Shown here in pieces: positions 11,719 through 20,880 of a stretch of DNA of 64,000 nucleotides (position 1 is its first letter; each line of letters opens with the position of its first letter). The DNA lies in assembly GCA_046290465.1 (NCBI GenBank), contig JBKAGP010000001.1:64001-128000 (forward strand), read 5' to 3'. A program made the position numbers and the translations under genes. This stretch comes from Planctomycetota bacterium (GTDB taxonomy: Bacteria > Planctomycetota > UBA1135 > UBA2386). The notes beneath the pieces were generated by a model. It was not told the DNA's origin. It made no database searches and saw only the letters and a program-made list of their open reading frames with translations.

Positions 11719-12885
11719 ATGTCCGAACCGCTCTACGGAACTCCGCAGCCGCACCGGCCGCCGCTCGGCCCGCTCGCACCCACTCTGGTCCGCAGCAGCA
11801 CGTCCGGACTGCCGGACGCCGAGACGCTGCGCGCGATGGGCAGCGGCGAGAAGTCCGGCGACTTCTACCAGCGCATGGGCCACCACAACGGCCGCTGCTT
11901 CGAGGCGCTGGTCGCCGAGCTCGAGGGGGCCGAAGGGGCCGTGTCGTTCGCCTCGGGCATGGCCGCGATGAGCGCGACGCTGGGCGCGCACCTGTCGCAG
12001 GGCGACCGCGTGCTGGTCGCCGAGGAGATCTACGGCGGCACGTCGGCGTTCTCGCTGCACGACCTGACGCGCTTTGGGGTGACCGTCGAACGGTTCTCGT
12101 CGCTCTCGCCGGACACTCTGCGCGCGCAGCTGGAAAGGCCGGCGAAGATGGTCGTGTTCGAGTCGCCGATCAACCCGACGCTGCGCGTCGCCGACATCGC
12201 GGCGGTGGTGGCCATGGCGCGCGACGCCGGCGCGACGACGGTGTTCGACGGCACCTTCTCGCCGCCACCGATCCAGCGCGTGCTCGCCCAGGGCGTCGAC
12301 CTCGTGGTGCATTCGGCGACCAAGTTCTTCGGCGGGCACTCGGACGTGCTGGCCGGCGTCGTGGCGGGCCGCCACGAGCACCTCGGCCCGATCGAGGCGT
12401 GGCGGCGGCGCACCGGCGGCCTGTTGGCGCCGGACTCGGCGTGGCTGCTGCAGCGCTCGTGGCCGACGCTGGCGCTGCGCGTCCAGGCCCAGCAGGACAT
12501 CGCGCTCGCGGTCGCCAAGGGCCTGCAGGAGGAGGTGGCGAAGGGCACCGTCGCCGCGGTGACCTACCCGGGCCTCGAGGACCACCCCGACCGCGAGATC
12601 GTGCAGCGGCAGATGAACGGCGGCGGCGCGGTGCTGGCGATCGAGTTCCCCGGCGGCCTGCCGGGGGTGCTGCCGGTCGTCGACCGCCTGAAGGTCATCG
12701 CCCGGGCCGCCAGCCTCGGCGGCATCGAGACGCTGGCGACCGTGCCGGCCTACACGACCCATGCGCCGCTGACGCCCGAGCAGCGCGCCGCGGCCGGCAT
12801 CCCGGACGGCCTGATGCGCGTCGCGGTCGGTCTCGAGGGGGCCGAAGTGCTGCTGGAGGACCTGCGCCAGGCGATCCGCGGCTGA
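11719..12885 (+). CDS. PLP-dependent Cys/Met metabolism enzyme (cystathionine gamma-synthase/lyase family)
   Basis: FASGMAA, ESPINP, HSATKFFGGHSD (PLP Lys), SLGGIETL, RVAVGLE. Confidence 0.9.
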   Translation: MSEPLYGTPQPHRPPLGPLAPTLVRSSTSGLPDAETLRAMGSGEKSGDFYQRMGHHNGRCFEALVAELEGAEGAVSFASGMAAMSATLGAHLSQGDRVLVAEEIYGGTSAFSLHDLTRFGVTVERFSSLSPDTLRAQLERPAKMVVFESPINPTLRVADIAAVVAMARDAGATTVFDGTFSPPPIQRVLAQGVDLVVHSATKFFGGHSDVLAGVVAGRHEHLGPIEAWRRRTGGLLAPDSAWLLQRSWPTLALRVQAQQDIALAVAKGLQEEVAKGTVAAVTYPGLEDHPDREIVQRQMNGGGAVLAIEFPGGLPGVLPVVDRLKVIARAASLGGIETLATVPAYTTHAPLTPEQRAAAGIPDGLMRVAVGLEGAEVLLEDLRQAIRG

Positions 12886-12981
12886 CGGATCTCGGCCCGT
12901 TCGTCGGGCTTCGGCGTTGGCCTTGGGGCCCCGGGCCTGCTACCTTGCGCGGTCATTGGCGCCGAGGCCAACTCCCTAGAC

Positions 12982-13680
12982 ATGTCGATCGCATCCATCG
13001 TCGGACTGTTCCTCCCGGTCACCGCAGCGCTGTCGCTGCTGGCGTCCGCGACCGCCCAAGGCCCGCAGAACGCGAACGCGTCGAAGTCCGCGGCGAACCA
13101 GCCGGCCGGCGGCGTCGTCGTCGGCGTGATCGACGTCGTCAAGGCGGTCGAGCAGTACCCGCGCTACATCAAGCTGCGCGGCGAACTGGAGGCGAGCATC
13201 CAGCAGTACGAAGAGCAGCTGAAGGAGATGTCGGCGCGCGGCAACGAACTGCGCGGCACCATCCAGGTGCTGGCCGAGGGCTCGCAGGAGCGGGCCGACA
13301 AGGAGTTCGAGTACAAGATGCTGCTGCAGACGCAGGACTACCGCCGCAAGGCCTACCGCGACCGCATGCAGCTGCAGGACCTGCGCAACACGCTCGCGGT
13401 CTACGAGGATCTCGAGTACGTGATCGGCGTCGTGGCGAAGCGCAAGGGCGTGTCGCTGGTGCTCAGCAAGCGCGCGCTGCCGCAGACCGTGCAGCCGATC
13501 GCGGAGATGTCGCCGAGCGAAGTGCAGGGCCGCGTCAAGGCGTTCGACGAGCGCAAGGTCTGGTTCGCGAGCAAGGAGCTCGACCTGACCGGGGACGTGA
13601 TCAAGGAGCTGATGATCCCGGTGCCGGATCGCAACTCGCCGGAGCGCGCTCCGAAGGACCAGCAGGACGGCAAGGAGTAG
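12982..13680 (+). CDS. skp: OmpH/Skp family periplasmic chaperone
   Basis: Signal peptide, VGVIDV start, coiled coil, VAKRKGVSLVL, DLTGDVIKEL; directly upstream of lpxC-fabZ. Confidence 0.75.
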   Translation: MSIASIVGLFLPVTAALSLLASATAQGPQNANASKSAANQPAGGVVVGVIDVVKAVEQYPRYIKLRGELEASIQQYEEQLKEMSARGNELRGTIQVLAEGSQERADKEFEYKMLLQTQDYRRKAYRDRMQLQDLRNTLAVYEDLEYVIGVVAKRKGVSLVLSKRALPQTVQPIAEMSPSEVQGRVKAFDERKVWFASKELDLTGDVIKELMIPVPDRNSPERAPKDQQDGKE

Positions 13681-13686
13681 AACCGA

Positions 13687-15048
13687 GTGGTAGCGAACAA
13701 GGACGATGCGACGGCGGCGCCGAGCCGCATGCAGCGCACGGTCAAGGAGCCGGTCGAGTACACCGGCGTCGGACTGCACTCGGGCAAGGAGATCCACATC
13801 ACGGTGCGTCCGGCCGAAGCCGGCACCGGCGTGTCGTTCGTGCGCACGGACCTGGACGACCAGCCGGTCGTGCGCGCCCACGGCGCCAACATGAAGGCGC
13901 GGCAGCGCCGCACCTGCATCCAGGACGGCCGCGCCGAGGTCTACACCTGTGAGCACCTGCTGGCGGCGTTCTACGCGCTCGGCATCGACAACGCGGTCGT
14001 CGAGATCGACGGCGAAGAGGTGCCCGGGCTCGACGGCTCGGCGGTGCAGTTCTTCGAGGGGCTGCGCAACACCGGCTCGGTCGAGTCCCGCATGCCGCGG
14101 CCGCTCTACTCGGTCAAGCAGCCGATCTACGTGCGCGACGGCTCGGCCAGCATCGTGGCGCTGCCGGGCACCGGCAAGCTGACCATCGAGTACCACCTCG
14201 ACTATCCGGCGCAGACCGAAGGCAACGGCCAGAACGGCCACATGCCGGGCGCCAAGCAGATCGTCGCGTTCGAGATGTCGCCCGACAACTTCGCGCGCGA
14301 CATCGCGCCGGCCCGCACGTTCGTGTTCCAGCACGAGGTCGAGGCGCTGCGCGCGGCCGGCCTCGGCAAGGGCGCCAACAACCAGAACACGCTGGTGGTG
14401 GGGCCGGACGGGCCGCAGGAGAACACGCTGCGCTGGGACGACGAACTGGCGCGCCACAAGATCCTCGACCTGATCGGCGACATCGCCAACGTCGGCGTCG
14501 ACCTCGACGCGCACATCATCGCGACCCGTTCGGGCCACGGCCTCAACATGGCGCTGGTGCAGCGCATCCTCGAGGAGCGCGAACGCGAGCAGGAGCAGGG
14601 CGAGGCCCCGACCGACACCGGTCTGGACATCCGCGACATCCTCAAGCTGCTGCCGCACCGCTACCCGTTCTTGCTGATCGATCGCGTGATCGAACTCGAC
14701 GGCTTCCAGAAGGCGGTCGCGATCAAGAACGTCACCATCAACGAGCCGTTCTTCCAGGGCCACTGGCCCGAGCAGCCGATCATGCCCGGCGTGCTGCAGC
14801 TAGAGGCGATGGCCCAGCTGGCCGGCGTGCTGCTGCTGCGCAAGCTCGAGAACACCGGCAAGCTCGCCGTTCTCTGGAGCATCGACAAGGTCAAGCTGCG
14901 CGGTGCCGTCGTCCCCGGCGACCAACTCCGCATCGAAGTCGAGACCATCCGCGCCCGCCCCCAGGTCGGCCACGTGCGCGCCCGCTGCAAGGTCGCCGGC
15001 CGCCTGGTCGCCGAAGCCGAGCTGAAGTTCACCCTGGTCGACGCCTAG
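13687..15048 (+). CDS. lpxC: Bifunctional UDP-3-O-acyl-GlcNAc deacetylase / 3-hydroxyacyl-ACP dehydratase (LpxC-FabZ fusion)
   Basis: QRT..GVGLHSG, EHLLAA, DGSA, ARTF, HKILDLIGD, then LPHRYPFLLID, FFQGHWP, MPGVLQLEAMAQ. Confidence 0.95.
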   Translation: MVANKDDATAAPSRMQRTVKEPVEYTGVGLHSGKEIHITVRPAEAGTGVSFVRTDLDDQPVVRAHGANMKARQRRTCIQDGRAEVYTCEHLLAAFYALGIDNAVVEIDGEEVPGLDGSAVQFFEGLRNTGSVESRMPRPLYSVKQPIYVRDGSASIVALPGTGKLTIEYHLDYPAQTEGNGQNGHMPGAKQIVAFEMSPDNFARDIAPARTFVFQHEVEALRAAGLGKGANNQNTLVVGPDGPQENTLRWDDELARHKILDLIGDIANVGVDLDAHIIATRSGHGLNMALVQRILEEREREQEQGEAPTDTGLDIRDILKLLPHRYPFLLIDRVIELDGFQKAVAIKNVTINEPFFQGHWPEQPIMPGVLQLEAMAQLAGVLLLRKLENTGKLAVLWSIDKVKLRGAVVPGDQLRIEVETIRARPQVGHVRARCKVAGRLVAEAELKFTLVDA

Positions 15049-15242
15049 GTCGGCCGGGGCGCTGCTGCCTCGGCGCGAGGGCTTCGGGGTCGGCCCAGGC
15101 GCTTCGGAGTCGATGGCAGCCGAAGTCAGGCCGGGCCCATCCTGCGGCGGACGAAGCCTGGCGGCGGTGCGTGGCGGAGACCGCACCCATGGCAGGCGAA
15201 AGCTTGGCGGCGGTTGCATAACGGAGGCCGCAACGCGCGCAC

Positions 15243-15989
15243 CTACGGCGGCGCAACCGGAGCCCCGCCAACCGGCGACAGCAGCCCGTGCCGCCGCCAC
15301 CCCGCGCTGAGCAGCCACGTGCGGGTGGGGGAGACCGGCCGCGGCAAGCCCTCGATCCCGCGCGTGCGCACCCGCGGCCGGAAGCCGTCGAACCACGGCG
15401 CGCTCGAGTAGCAGTCGATCGGCCCGTCGACGTTGGGCCCCGTGCCGCCGTTGCGCGCCGAGTGCTTGTGGCCGTTGCCGAACACGTAGCGCAGCACGTT
15501 GCGCACCTCGCGCGGCGTCTTGAGCACCCGATCGTGGAACCGATCCGCCCACACCTTGCCGCGCCGCTGCCACAGCTTGTTGAGCGCCTTGGCGATCCGG
15601 ATCAGCAGCCCCTGCATGCCGCGCCGCAGCGCATCGCGCCCCTTGGCCTCGCAGACCATGTGCAGGTGGTCGTCGAGCACGACCCAATGCGTCAGCCGCA
15701 TCCCGAACCGATCGCACCCCTTGGCGAACGCCTGCAACAGCACCGCCCGCTCCCTCCGCCTTCGCAACCGCGGCAGCCCCCGCGCCACCCGACACGTCAC
15801 GTGCACGGGAAACCGCGACGCCAGCGCCGCCCGCGGCCGGTGGTCGACCAGCGCCTTGCTCCCGTTCGGCTTGCGCCCCGCACCCTTCCGCACCCCGCCA
15901 TGCCCCCGAAACGGCAACCCCAGCTGCCGCCCCTCACCGGCACCCCGCTTGCCCCTGCCCTTCCCCGTCATCCGACCGTTCTTCACCAT
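15243..15989 (-). mobile_element. REP-associated tyrosine transposase (RAYT / Y1_Tnp HUH endonuclease)
   Basis: PVHVTCR, HUH motif DDHLHMV, LN....RRGKVW.DRFH, catalytic Tyr in LRYVFGN, YSSA; N-terminal GG.R.GAGRKP basic arm; palindromes nearby. Confidence 0.85.
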
Positions 15990-16059
15990 CTTGATTGCGC
16001 ACTAATCTACCCCAAGCCCCCAACCCAATCAACCCACCACCCCCAAACTTGCCGTGACT

Positions 16060-16085
16060 GTACGCGGTTCATCCTCCAACTTCCG
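16060..16085 (+). repeat. Single REP-like arm upstream of the RAYT, same family as the 20808 palindrome
   Basis: GTACGCGGTTCATCCTCCAACTTCCG vs GTACCTGGTTCATCCTCCAACATTCG at 20808; 15-nt exact core GGTTCATCCTCCAAC. Confidence 0.7.
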
Positions 16086-16147
16086 GCACGCCCCAGACCG
16101 CCGCCACCTACCTCACACCGCCCCAATCCCAAACCCACACCCGCCCC

Positions 16148-16240
16148 CGTTCCCCCGCGGCTCCGTCCCCCTCGGCGTCGGCTGCGCCCTCTGGCGCCTC
16201 GCCTCGAGCCGACGCCGAGGGGACGGAGCCGCGGGGAACG
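16148..16240. repeat. Long hairpin (about 34-bp arms) upstream of the RAYT
   Basis: CGTTCCCCCGCGGCTCCGTCCCCCTCGGCGTCGGCT ... AGCCGACGCCGAGGGGACGGAGCCGCGGGGAACG; arms differ only in C-run length. Confidence 0.85.
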
Positions 16241-16489
16241 CCCTCGCCGTTATCGAATCCCGAGGTCGAGGCGCGTTCGACCGACCCTCGTGACCAGCCC
16301 CGTGGACTCGTCCCGTTGCATCGAGCCTCCGCGCATCGACTCGCGTGGCCGCTTCCGCCACGCCTCCAACCTCGCCACCGCTCCAACCCCGCCGCCCCTT
16401 CAACCTCCAACCCCGCCAACCCCGCCCCTCCAACCACCCCGCCACCCCAACCCTGGCCTCCCCAACCCACACCCGGTAAACCCTCCCCC

Positions 16490-17542
16490 GTGCCCACCGA
16501 CCCGACCTCGTCCCCCGAGACCCCCAACCCGACCCCCAACCCCAACCGCCCCCGCATCGCGGTCGTCGGAGTTGGCCATCTCGGCAAGCACCACATGCGC
16601 CTGCTCGGCGGCATCGACTGCGAACTCGTCGGCGTCGCGGATCCCAGCGACGAAGCCCGCACCTTCGCGAAGGACACCTACAAGCTCGACACCTTCGCCG
16701 ACTACCGCGAACTCGCTGGCAAGGTCGACGCGGTCAGCGTCGTCGTGCCGACCCGGCTGCACCGTGAGGTCGGCTGCTTCTTCCTCGAGCGCGGGGTCGA
16801 TGTGCTGGTCGAGAAGCCGATCGCGCGGTCGGTCGCCGATGGCCAGGCACTGGTCGATGCGGCGGCGGCCAACGACCGGATCCTCGCGGTCGGCCACGTC
16901 GAACGGTTCAACCCGGCGCTGCGCGGCATCGAGACGATCGGCAAGGCGGCGCGCTACATCGAGTCGCACCGCCTGGCGCCGTTCTCGTTCCGCTCGACGG
17001 ACATCGGCGTGGTGCTCGACCTGATGATCCACGACCTCGACCTGGTGCTGGCGCTGGTGCAGTCCGAGATCAAGTCGGTCGAGGCGTTCGGCGGCGCGGT
17101 GTTCACGCCGGCCGAGGACATGGCGTCGGCGATCATCAAGTTCGAGAACGGCGCGGTCGCGCACCTGACCGCCAACCGGGTCGCGCTGAAGCCGCTGCGC
17201 AAGATGCGGGTGTTCTCCAAGGAGGGCTACGTGTCGCTCGACTTCCAGGCGGCGACCGGCATGGTCGTGCGCAAGGCGCCGGGCTGGGACTTCGAGCAGC
17301 TCGACATGGAGAGCCTCGACAAGGCCCAGATGGGGGACCTGTGGAAGTTCGTGTTCGACGGGCTGCTGCAGGTCGAGAACCTGCAGCTCGACAGCGGCAA
17401 CCCGCTGCAGGAAGAGCTCGCCGAGTTCGTCGAGTGCGTCAGGACGCGCAGCCGGCCGACGGTGCCGGGCGAGGACGGCGTGGCCGCGGTGGCAGCGGCC
17501 GAACGGGTGCTCTCGGTGATCGCCGAAAACCGCTGGGAGTAG
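16490..17542 (+). CDS. Gfo/Idh/MocA oxidoreductase, GnnA-like (UDP-GlcNAc 3-dehydrogenase candidate)
   Basis: IAVVGVGHLGKHH, VEKPIA, GHVERFNPA, DLMIHDLD; follows lpxC-fabZ; GTG start estimated. Confidence 0.8.
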   Translation: MPTDPTSSPETPNPTPNPNRPRIAVVGVGHLGKHHMRLLGGIDCELVGVADPSDEARTFAKDTYKLDTFADYRELAGKVDAVSVVVPTRLHREVGCFFLERGVDVLVEKPIARSVADGQALVDAAAANDRILAVGHVERFNPALRGIETIGKAARYIESHRLAPFSFRSTDIGVVLDLMIHDLDLVLALVQSEIKSVEAFGGAVFTPAEDMASAIIKFENGAVAHLTANRVALKPLRKMRVFSKEGYVSLDFQAATGMVVRKAPGWDFEQLDMESLDKAQMGDLWKFVFDGLLQVENLQLDSGNPLQEELAEFVECVRTRSRPTVPGEDGVAAVAAAERVLSVIAENRWE

Positions 17543-17611
17543 CGGGTCGCGCCCCGGCAGCGTCTCGAGTTGGGGCCCCAGTCGGACCCGCGCGCGCGGT
17601 AGACTACCCGG

Positions 17612-19183
17612 ATGGACGCCAAGCCAGCACCCGGCCCGTTCGACGGGAGCGTGCCGCCGCCCGACTTCGCCGGCATCGAGACGACCCGCTTCTGCAACCT
17701 GCGCTGCCGGATGTGCCTGCAGTTCAACGACGGCACGACCGTCGCCGGTCCGCACATGGAGCTGGCCGAGTTCGAGCGCATCGCCGGCTCGCTGTTCCCG
17801 TACGTGACGCGCTGGCAGCCGACGGTCTCGGGTGAACCGACCATGTCGCAGGGCTTCGAGACGATGCTGGCGATCGCCGAGCGCTTTGGCGTCAAGGCCG
17901 AGATGTTCAGCAACGGCACGCTGCTGAAGCCGTCGATGATCGAACGGCTGGCGCCCAACCTCGGCTCGATGTCGATCTCGTTCGACGGCGTCACCAAGGA
18001 CACGTTCGAGGGCATCCGCGAAGGCGCCGACTACGAGCACGTGGTCGGCAACGTCAAGCAGCTGATGGCCTACTGTCGGGAGCACCTGTCGCAGGACTTC
18101 CAGCCGCTGTTCGCGCTCAACTGCACGCTGATGGAGCGCAACATCCGCGAGCTGCCGGACCTGGTCCGGTTCGCGAAGTCGCTCGGCATGGACCACCTGA
18201 GCTGCTACCACGTGTTCCCGGTGACCGACGAGATGAAGCGGCAGTCGCTGGTGCACCACCGCGAGCTCGCGATCGAATGCCTCGACGAGGCGTTCCGGGT
18301 CGCGGCGGAGCTGTCGCTGCCGCTCGACGTGCAGTCGCTCGACCAGCTGACCGCGGCGACCGCCAACGACTTCGACACCAAGCGCAGCTATGCGATCAAG
18401 GACGGCGTCGTCGAAGGGCTCGAGCGGCGTTCGGTCGGCTTCGACCGGCGACGCACGTGGCCCGGCAACGACCCGGCCAACCCGGAGTTCGCGGCCGTGC
18501 AGCAGCGCCGCGCCGAGGCGCGCCGTTCGTCGGGCTTCCCGGCCCCGGCCCCGCAGGTCGACGGGGACGACGCCGAAGGGTCGATCTGGTACTGCGACTT
18601 CCTCTGGAACAAGACCTACGTGGCGATCGGTGGCGACGTGCGGCCGTGCTGCGTCGATGGCGTTCCGATCCTCGGCAACGCGGTCGAGCAGCCGTTCGAG
18701 CAGGTCTGGAACAACGAGAACTACCGCGCCATGCGGCAGCGGCTGGTCGCCAAGGAGCCGGCGCCGGCGTGCCGCGGCTGCATGCACGTCGTCGAGGTCG
18801 AGGACCCGGCCACGATCCGGAAGCACCTGCTCGGCCAGCGCGCGCCGCGGCCCGACGAACTGCCGGAACTGCCGGACGCGCTCGACCCGAGCAAGCGTCG
18901 CCGCCAGCGCAGCGGCAAGCCGCCCGAGCTGACCTGGCCAGAGGTCGAGGGCGCGCAGAACTACGTGCTGCAGTTCTCGCTCGACGGCTTCGGCTCGATC
19001 CTGTGGGCGACCGACGGCCCGATGGGCGGCGCGGTGCGCACCAACCGCTACCAGGTGCCGGTCTGGGCGTGGCGCGACGCGCCGGTCGACCGCGAGATCT
19101 ACTACCGCGTGCTGGCGCGGCTGCCCGACGGCCAACGCGAAGTGGCGAGCGGTTCCGTGGCGGCCGAGACGCTTGCGGGATAG
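17612..19183 (+). CDS. Radical SAM protein with SPASM/Twitch domain and extra C-terminal domain
   Basis: CNLRCRMC, SGEPT, SISFDG, C...W......GDVRPCC, ACRGC. Confidence 0.88.
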   Translation: MDAKPAPGPFDGSVPPPDFAGIETTRFCNLRCRMCLQFNDGTTVAGPHMELAEFERIAGSLFPYVTRWQPTVSGEPTMSQGFETMLAIAERFGVKAEMFSNGTLLKPSMIERLAPNLGSMSISFDGVTKDTFEGIREGADYEHVVGNVKQLMAYCREHLSQDFQPLFALNCTLMERNIRELPDLVRFAKSLGMDHLSCYHVFPVTDEMKRQSLVHHRELAIECLDEAFRVAAELSLPLDVQSLDQLTAATANDFDTKRSYAIKDGVVEGLERRSVGFDRRRTWPGNDPANPEFAAVQQRRAEARRSSGFPAPAPQVDGDDAEGSIWYCDFLWNKTYVAIGGDVRPCCVDGVPILGNAVEQPFEQVWNNENYRAMRQRLVAKEPAPACRGCMHVVEVEDPATIRKHLLGQRAPRPDELPELPDALDPSKRRRQRSGKPPELTWPEVEGAQNYVLQFSLDGFGSILWATDGPMGGAVRTNRYQVPVWAWRDAPVDREIYYRVLARLPDGQREVASGSVAAETLAG

Positions 19184-19204
19184 ACTGTTCCGGTCCTATT
19201 CCAC

Positions 19205-19426
19205 GGGAGCCTCGCTCTGCGCTGCTCGCGCTTGCACGCGGGCCATCAAGTTGAACCGATGACCATTCGCCGGGCTCCGACCCTGAGGGCCAAGCGGGAT
19301 CAGGAGACGTCGCTGTGCGCGAGCATGGCGGCGCCGGCCTCTTCCCAAATACCCCGGGGGGAGCCCACCTGAACCCAAGGGTTCAACCGGCCTCCGTCGA
19401 CGGCAGATGGCGGAGCGAGGCCTCTC
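19205..19426 (+). ncRNA. ssrS: 6S RNA
   Basis: Closing stem GCCTCGCTCTGC/GCGGAGCGAGGC, inner stem GGGCTCC/GGAGCCC, GTTGAACC in the 5' strand and hallmark CACCTGAACCCAAGGGTTCAA (E. coli 6S has CACCTTGAACCAAGGGTTCAA). Confidence 0.8.
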
Positions 19427-19588
19427 GTTTTCCGTTCGGATCGGACACTTGCTCGACGCCATCGGCGTCAGCGGGTAGCCTGCGCGCACCGGCGCCGGCT
19501 CGACGGTCAGCACCTCCGTGGTCGGGGGTGGGAGCAGGCGCGCGGCGGTCCGCAGCGTCCCGTGGGGGGAGGCTGCAGCGGAGGTGAT

Positions 19589-20797
19589 ATGCGGCAGTTC
19601 CTGCTCGGCCTCATCGTGGCGGCGCTCGCCTGGTGGGGATATGGCAAGTGGACCTCGAACGAGGTCCAGGCGAAGCACGAGACCGATCGCGTCGAGGCGC
19701 CCGACGGCGATGGCGCCGACGTGCCAGGTGGCGGCACGGCGCCGGCGACGGCGAGCATCGACGACATGCTGGCCGCCGGCGGGGGCGACGACCTGCCGCC
19801 CAACCGCGCCGAGGTGACCGAACCGATGCCGAGCGACGTCGCCGAGCTGATCGAGCGCGTCAAGCGCGGCGATCGCGCCGCGATCGGCACCGCCTGGCTC
19901 GCGGTCGCGACCCGGCGCCTCGGCGCCAACCACGACCGCATCGTCAAGCTGCTGCAGCCGCGCAGCGAGACGTTCGAGGACCAGCTGGCGATGCTCGGCA
20001 ACCACAACGGCTTCCTGCGCAGCCCCGAGGGGCGCGCGGCCGCCGAGAAGGCGACCGCCGCCGCGATGGCGCTGCCGGACGCCGAGGCGATCGACGCCGG
20101 CACCGACCTGATCTACCTGATGACCTGCGGTCGGATCGAGCGAACGGATCAGAAGTGGCGCGAGGTCGTCGACAAGGCGCGCGCGCAGCACCGGATCCGC
20201 GTCGATCGCTGGTTGTGCAACCCGACCAACGTCGCCGGCGCGCGCAGCTACACGGTCAAGCCGGGCAACTCGCTCGATCGCATCGCCCGCAAGTACCGCC
20301 AGGAGGGGCTGAAGGTCGAGGCCGGCACGATCGCCGTGCTCAACCGCATCACCAACCCGAACGCGCTACGCGTCGGTCAGGTGCTGAAGATCCCGGTCGC
20401 ACCGATCACGGCGCTGCTGGAGAAGGACAGCTACGCGCTGATGGTGTTCGTCGGCGACCAGCTGCTGCGGCTCTACTGGGTCGGCCACGGCGCCAACGAC
20501 CACACGCCGGTGACCGAGTTCGAGGTCATCGCCAAGCAGTCCCGTCCCGACTGGACCGCGCCGGACGGCAACATCTACCCCTACGGCCACAAGAAGAACG
20601 TGCTCGGCGAGTACTTCATCAAGTTCGGCCACCCGAGCTACTCGGGCTTCGGCGCGCACGGCACCACCGAGCCGCAGACGATCTGCACGCAGGCGTCGAT
20701 GGGCTGCATCCGGATGTTCGACAAGGACATCCACGAGCTGTTCCACCTACTCCCCCGCGGCGCCAAGGTCGTCGTCCGCGACACCGCCGTCCGCTAG
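19589..20797 (+). CDS. LysM-domain L,D-transpeptidase (YkuD family), membrane anchored
   Basis: GGAGGT RBS; N-terminal TM; LysM YTVKPGNSLDRIA...LRVGQVLKIP; HGT...ASMGCIRM catalytic motif. Confidence 0.9.
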   Translation: MRQFLLGLIVAALAWWGYGKWTSNEVQAKHETDRVEAPDGDGADVPGGGTAPATASIDDMLAAGGGDDLPPNRAEVTEPMPSDVAELIERVKRGDRAAIGTAWLAVATRRLGANHDRIVKLLQPRSETFEDQLAMLGNHNGFLRSPEGRAAAEKATAAAMALPDAEAIDAGTDLIYLMTCGRIERTDQKWREVVDKARAQHRIRVDRWLCNPTNVAGARSYTVKPGNSLDRIARKYRQEGLKVEAGTIAVLNRITNPNALRVGQVLKIPVAPITALLEKDSYALMVFVGDQLLRLYWVGHGANDHTPVTEFEVIAKQSRPDWTAPDGNIYPYGHKKNVLGEYFIKFGHPSYSGFGAHGTTEPQTICTQASMGCIRMFDKDIHELFHLLPRGAKVVVRDTAVR

Positions 20798-20807
20798 TTG
20801 CGGTACG

Positions 20808-20875
20808 GTACCTGGTTCATCCTCCAACATTCGCGAGCGCCAGCGCTCGCGAATGTTGGAGGATGAACCAGGTAC
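20808..20875. repeat. Perfect 33-bp-arm palindrome (REP doublet/REPIN-like) between convergent genes
   Basis: GTACCTGGTTCATCCTCCAACATTCGCGAGCGC-CA-exact reverse complement. Confidence 0.92.
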
Positions 20876-20880
20876 GCAAC

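Noticed and set aside
15243..15989. IS200/IS605 element with TnpB or omega RNA
   Set aside because: No tnpB/iscB ORF is adjacent, and the protein features fit a RAYT
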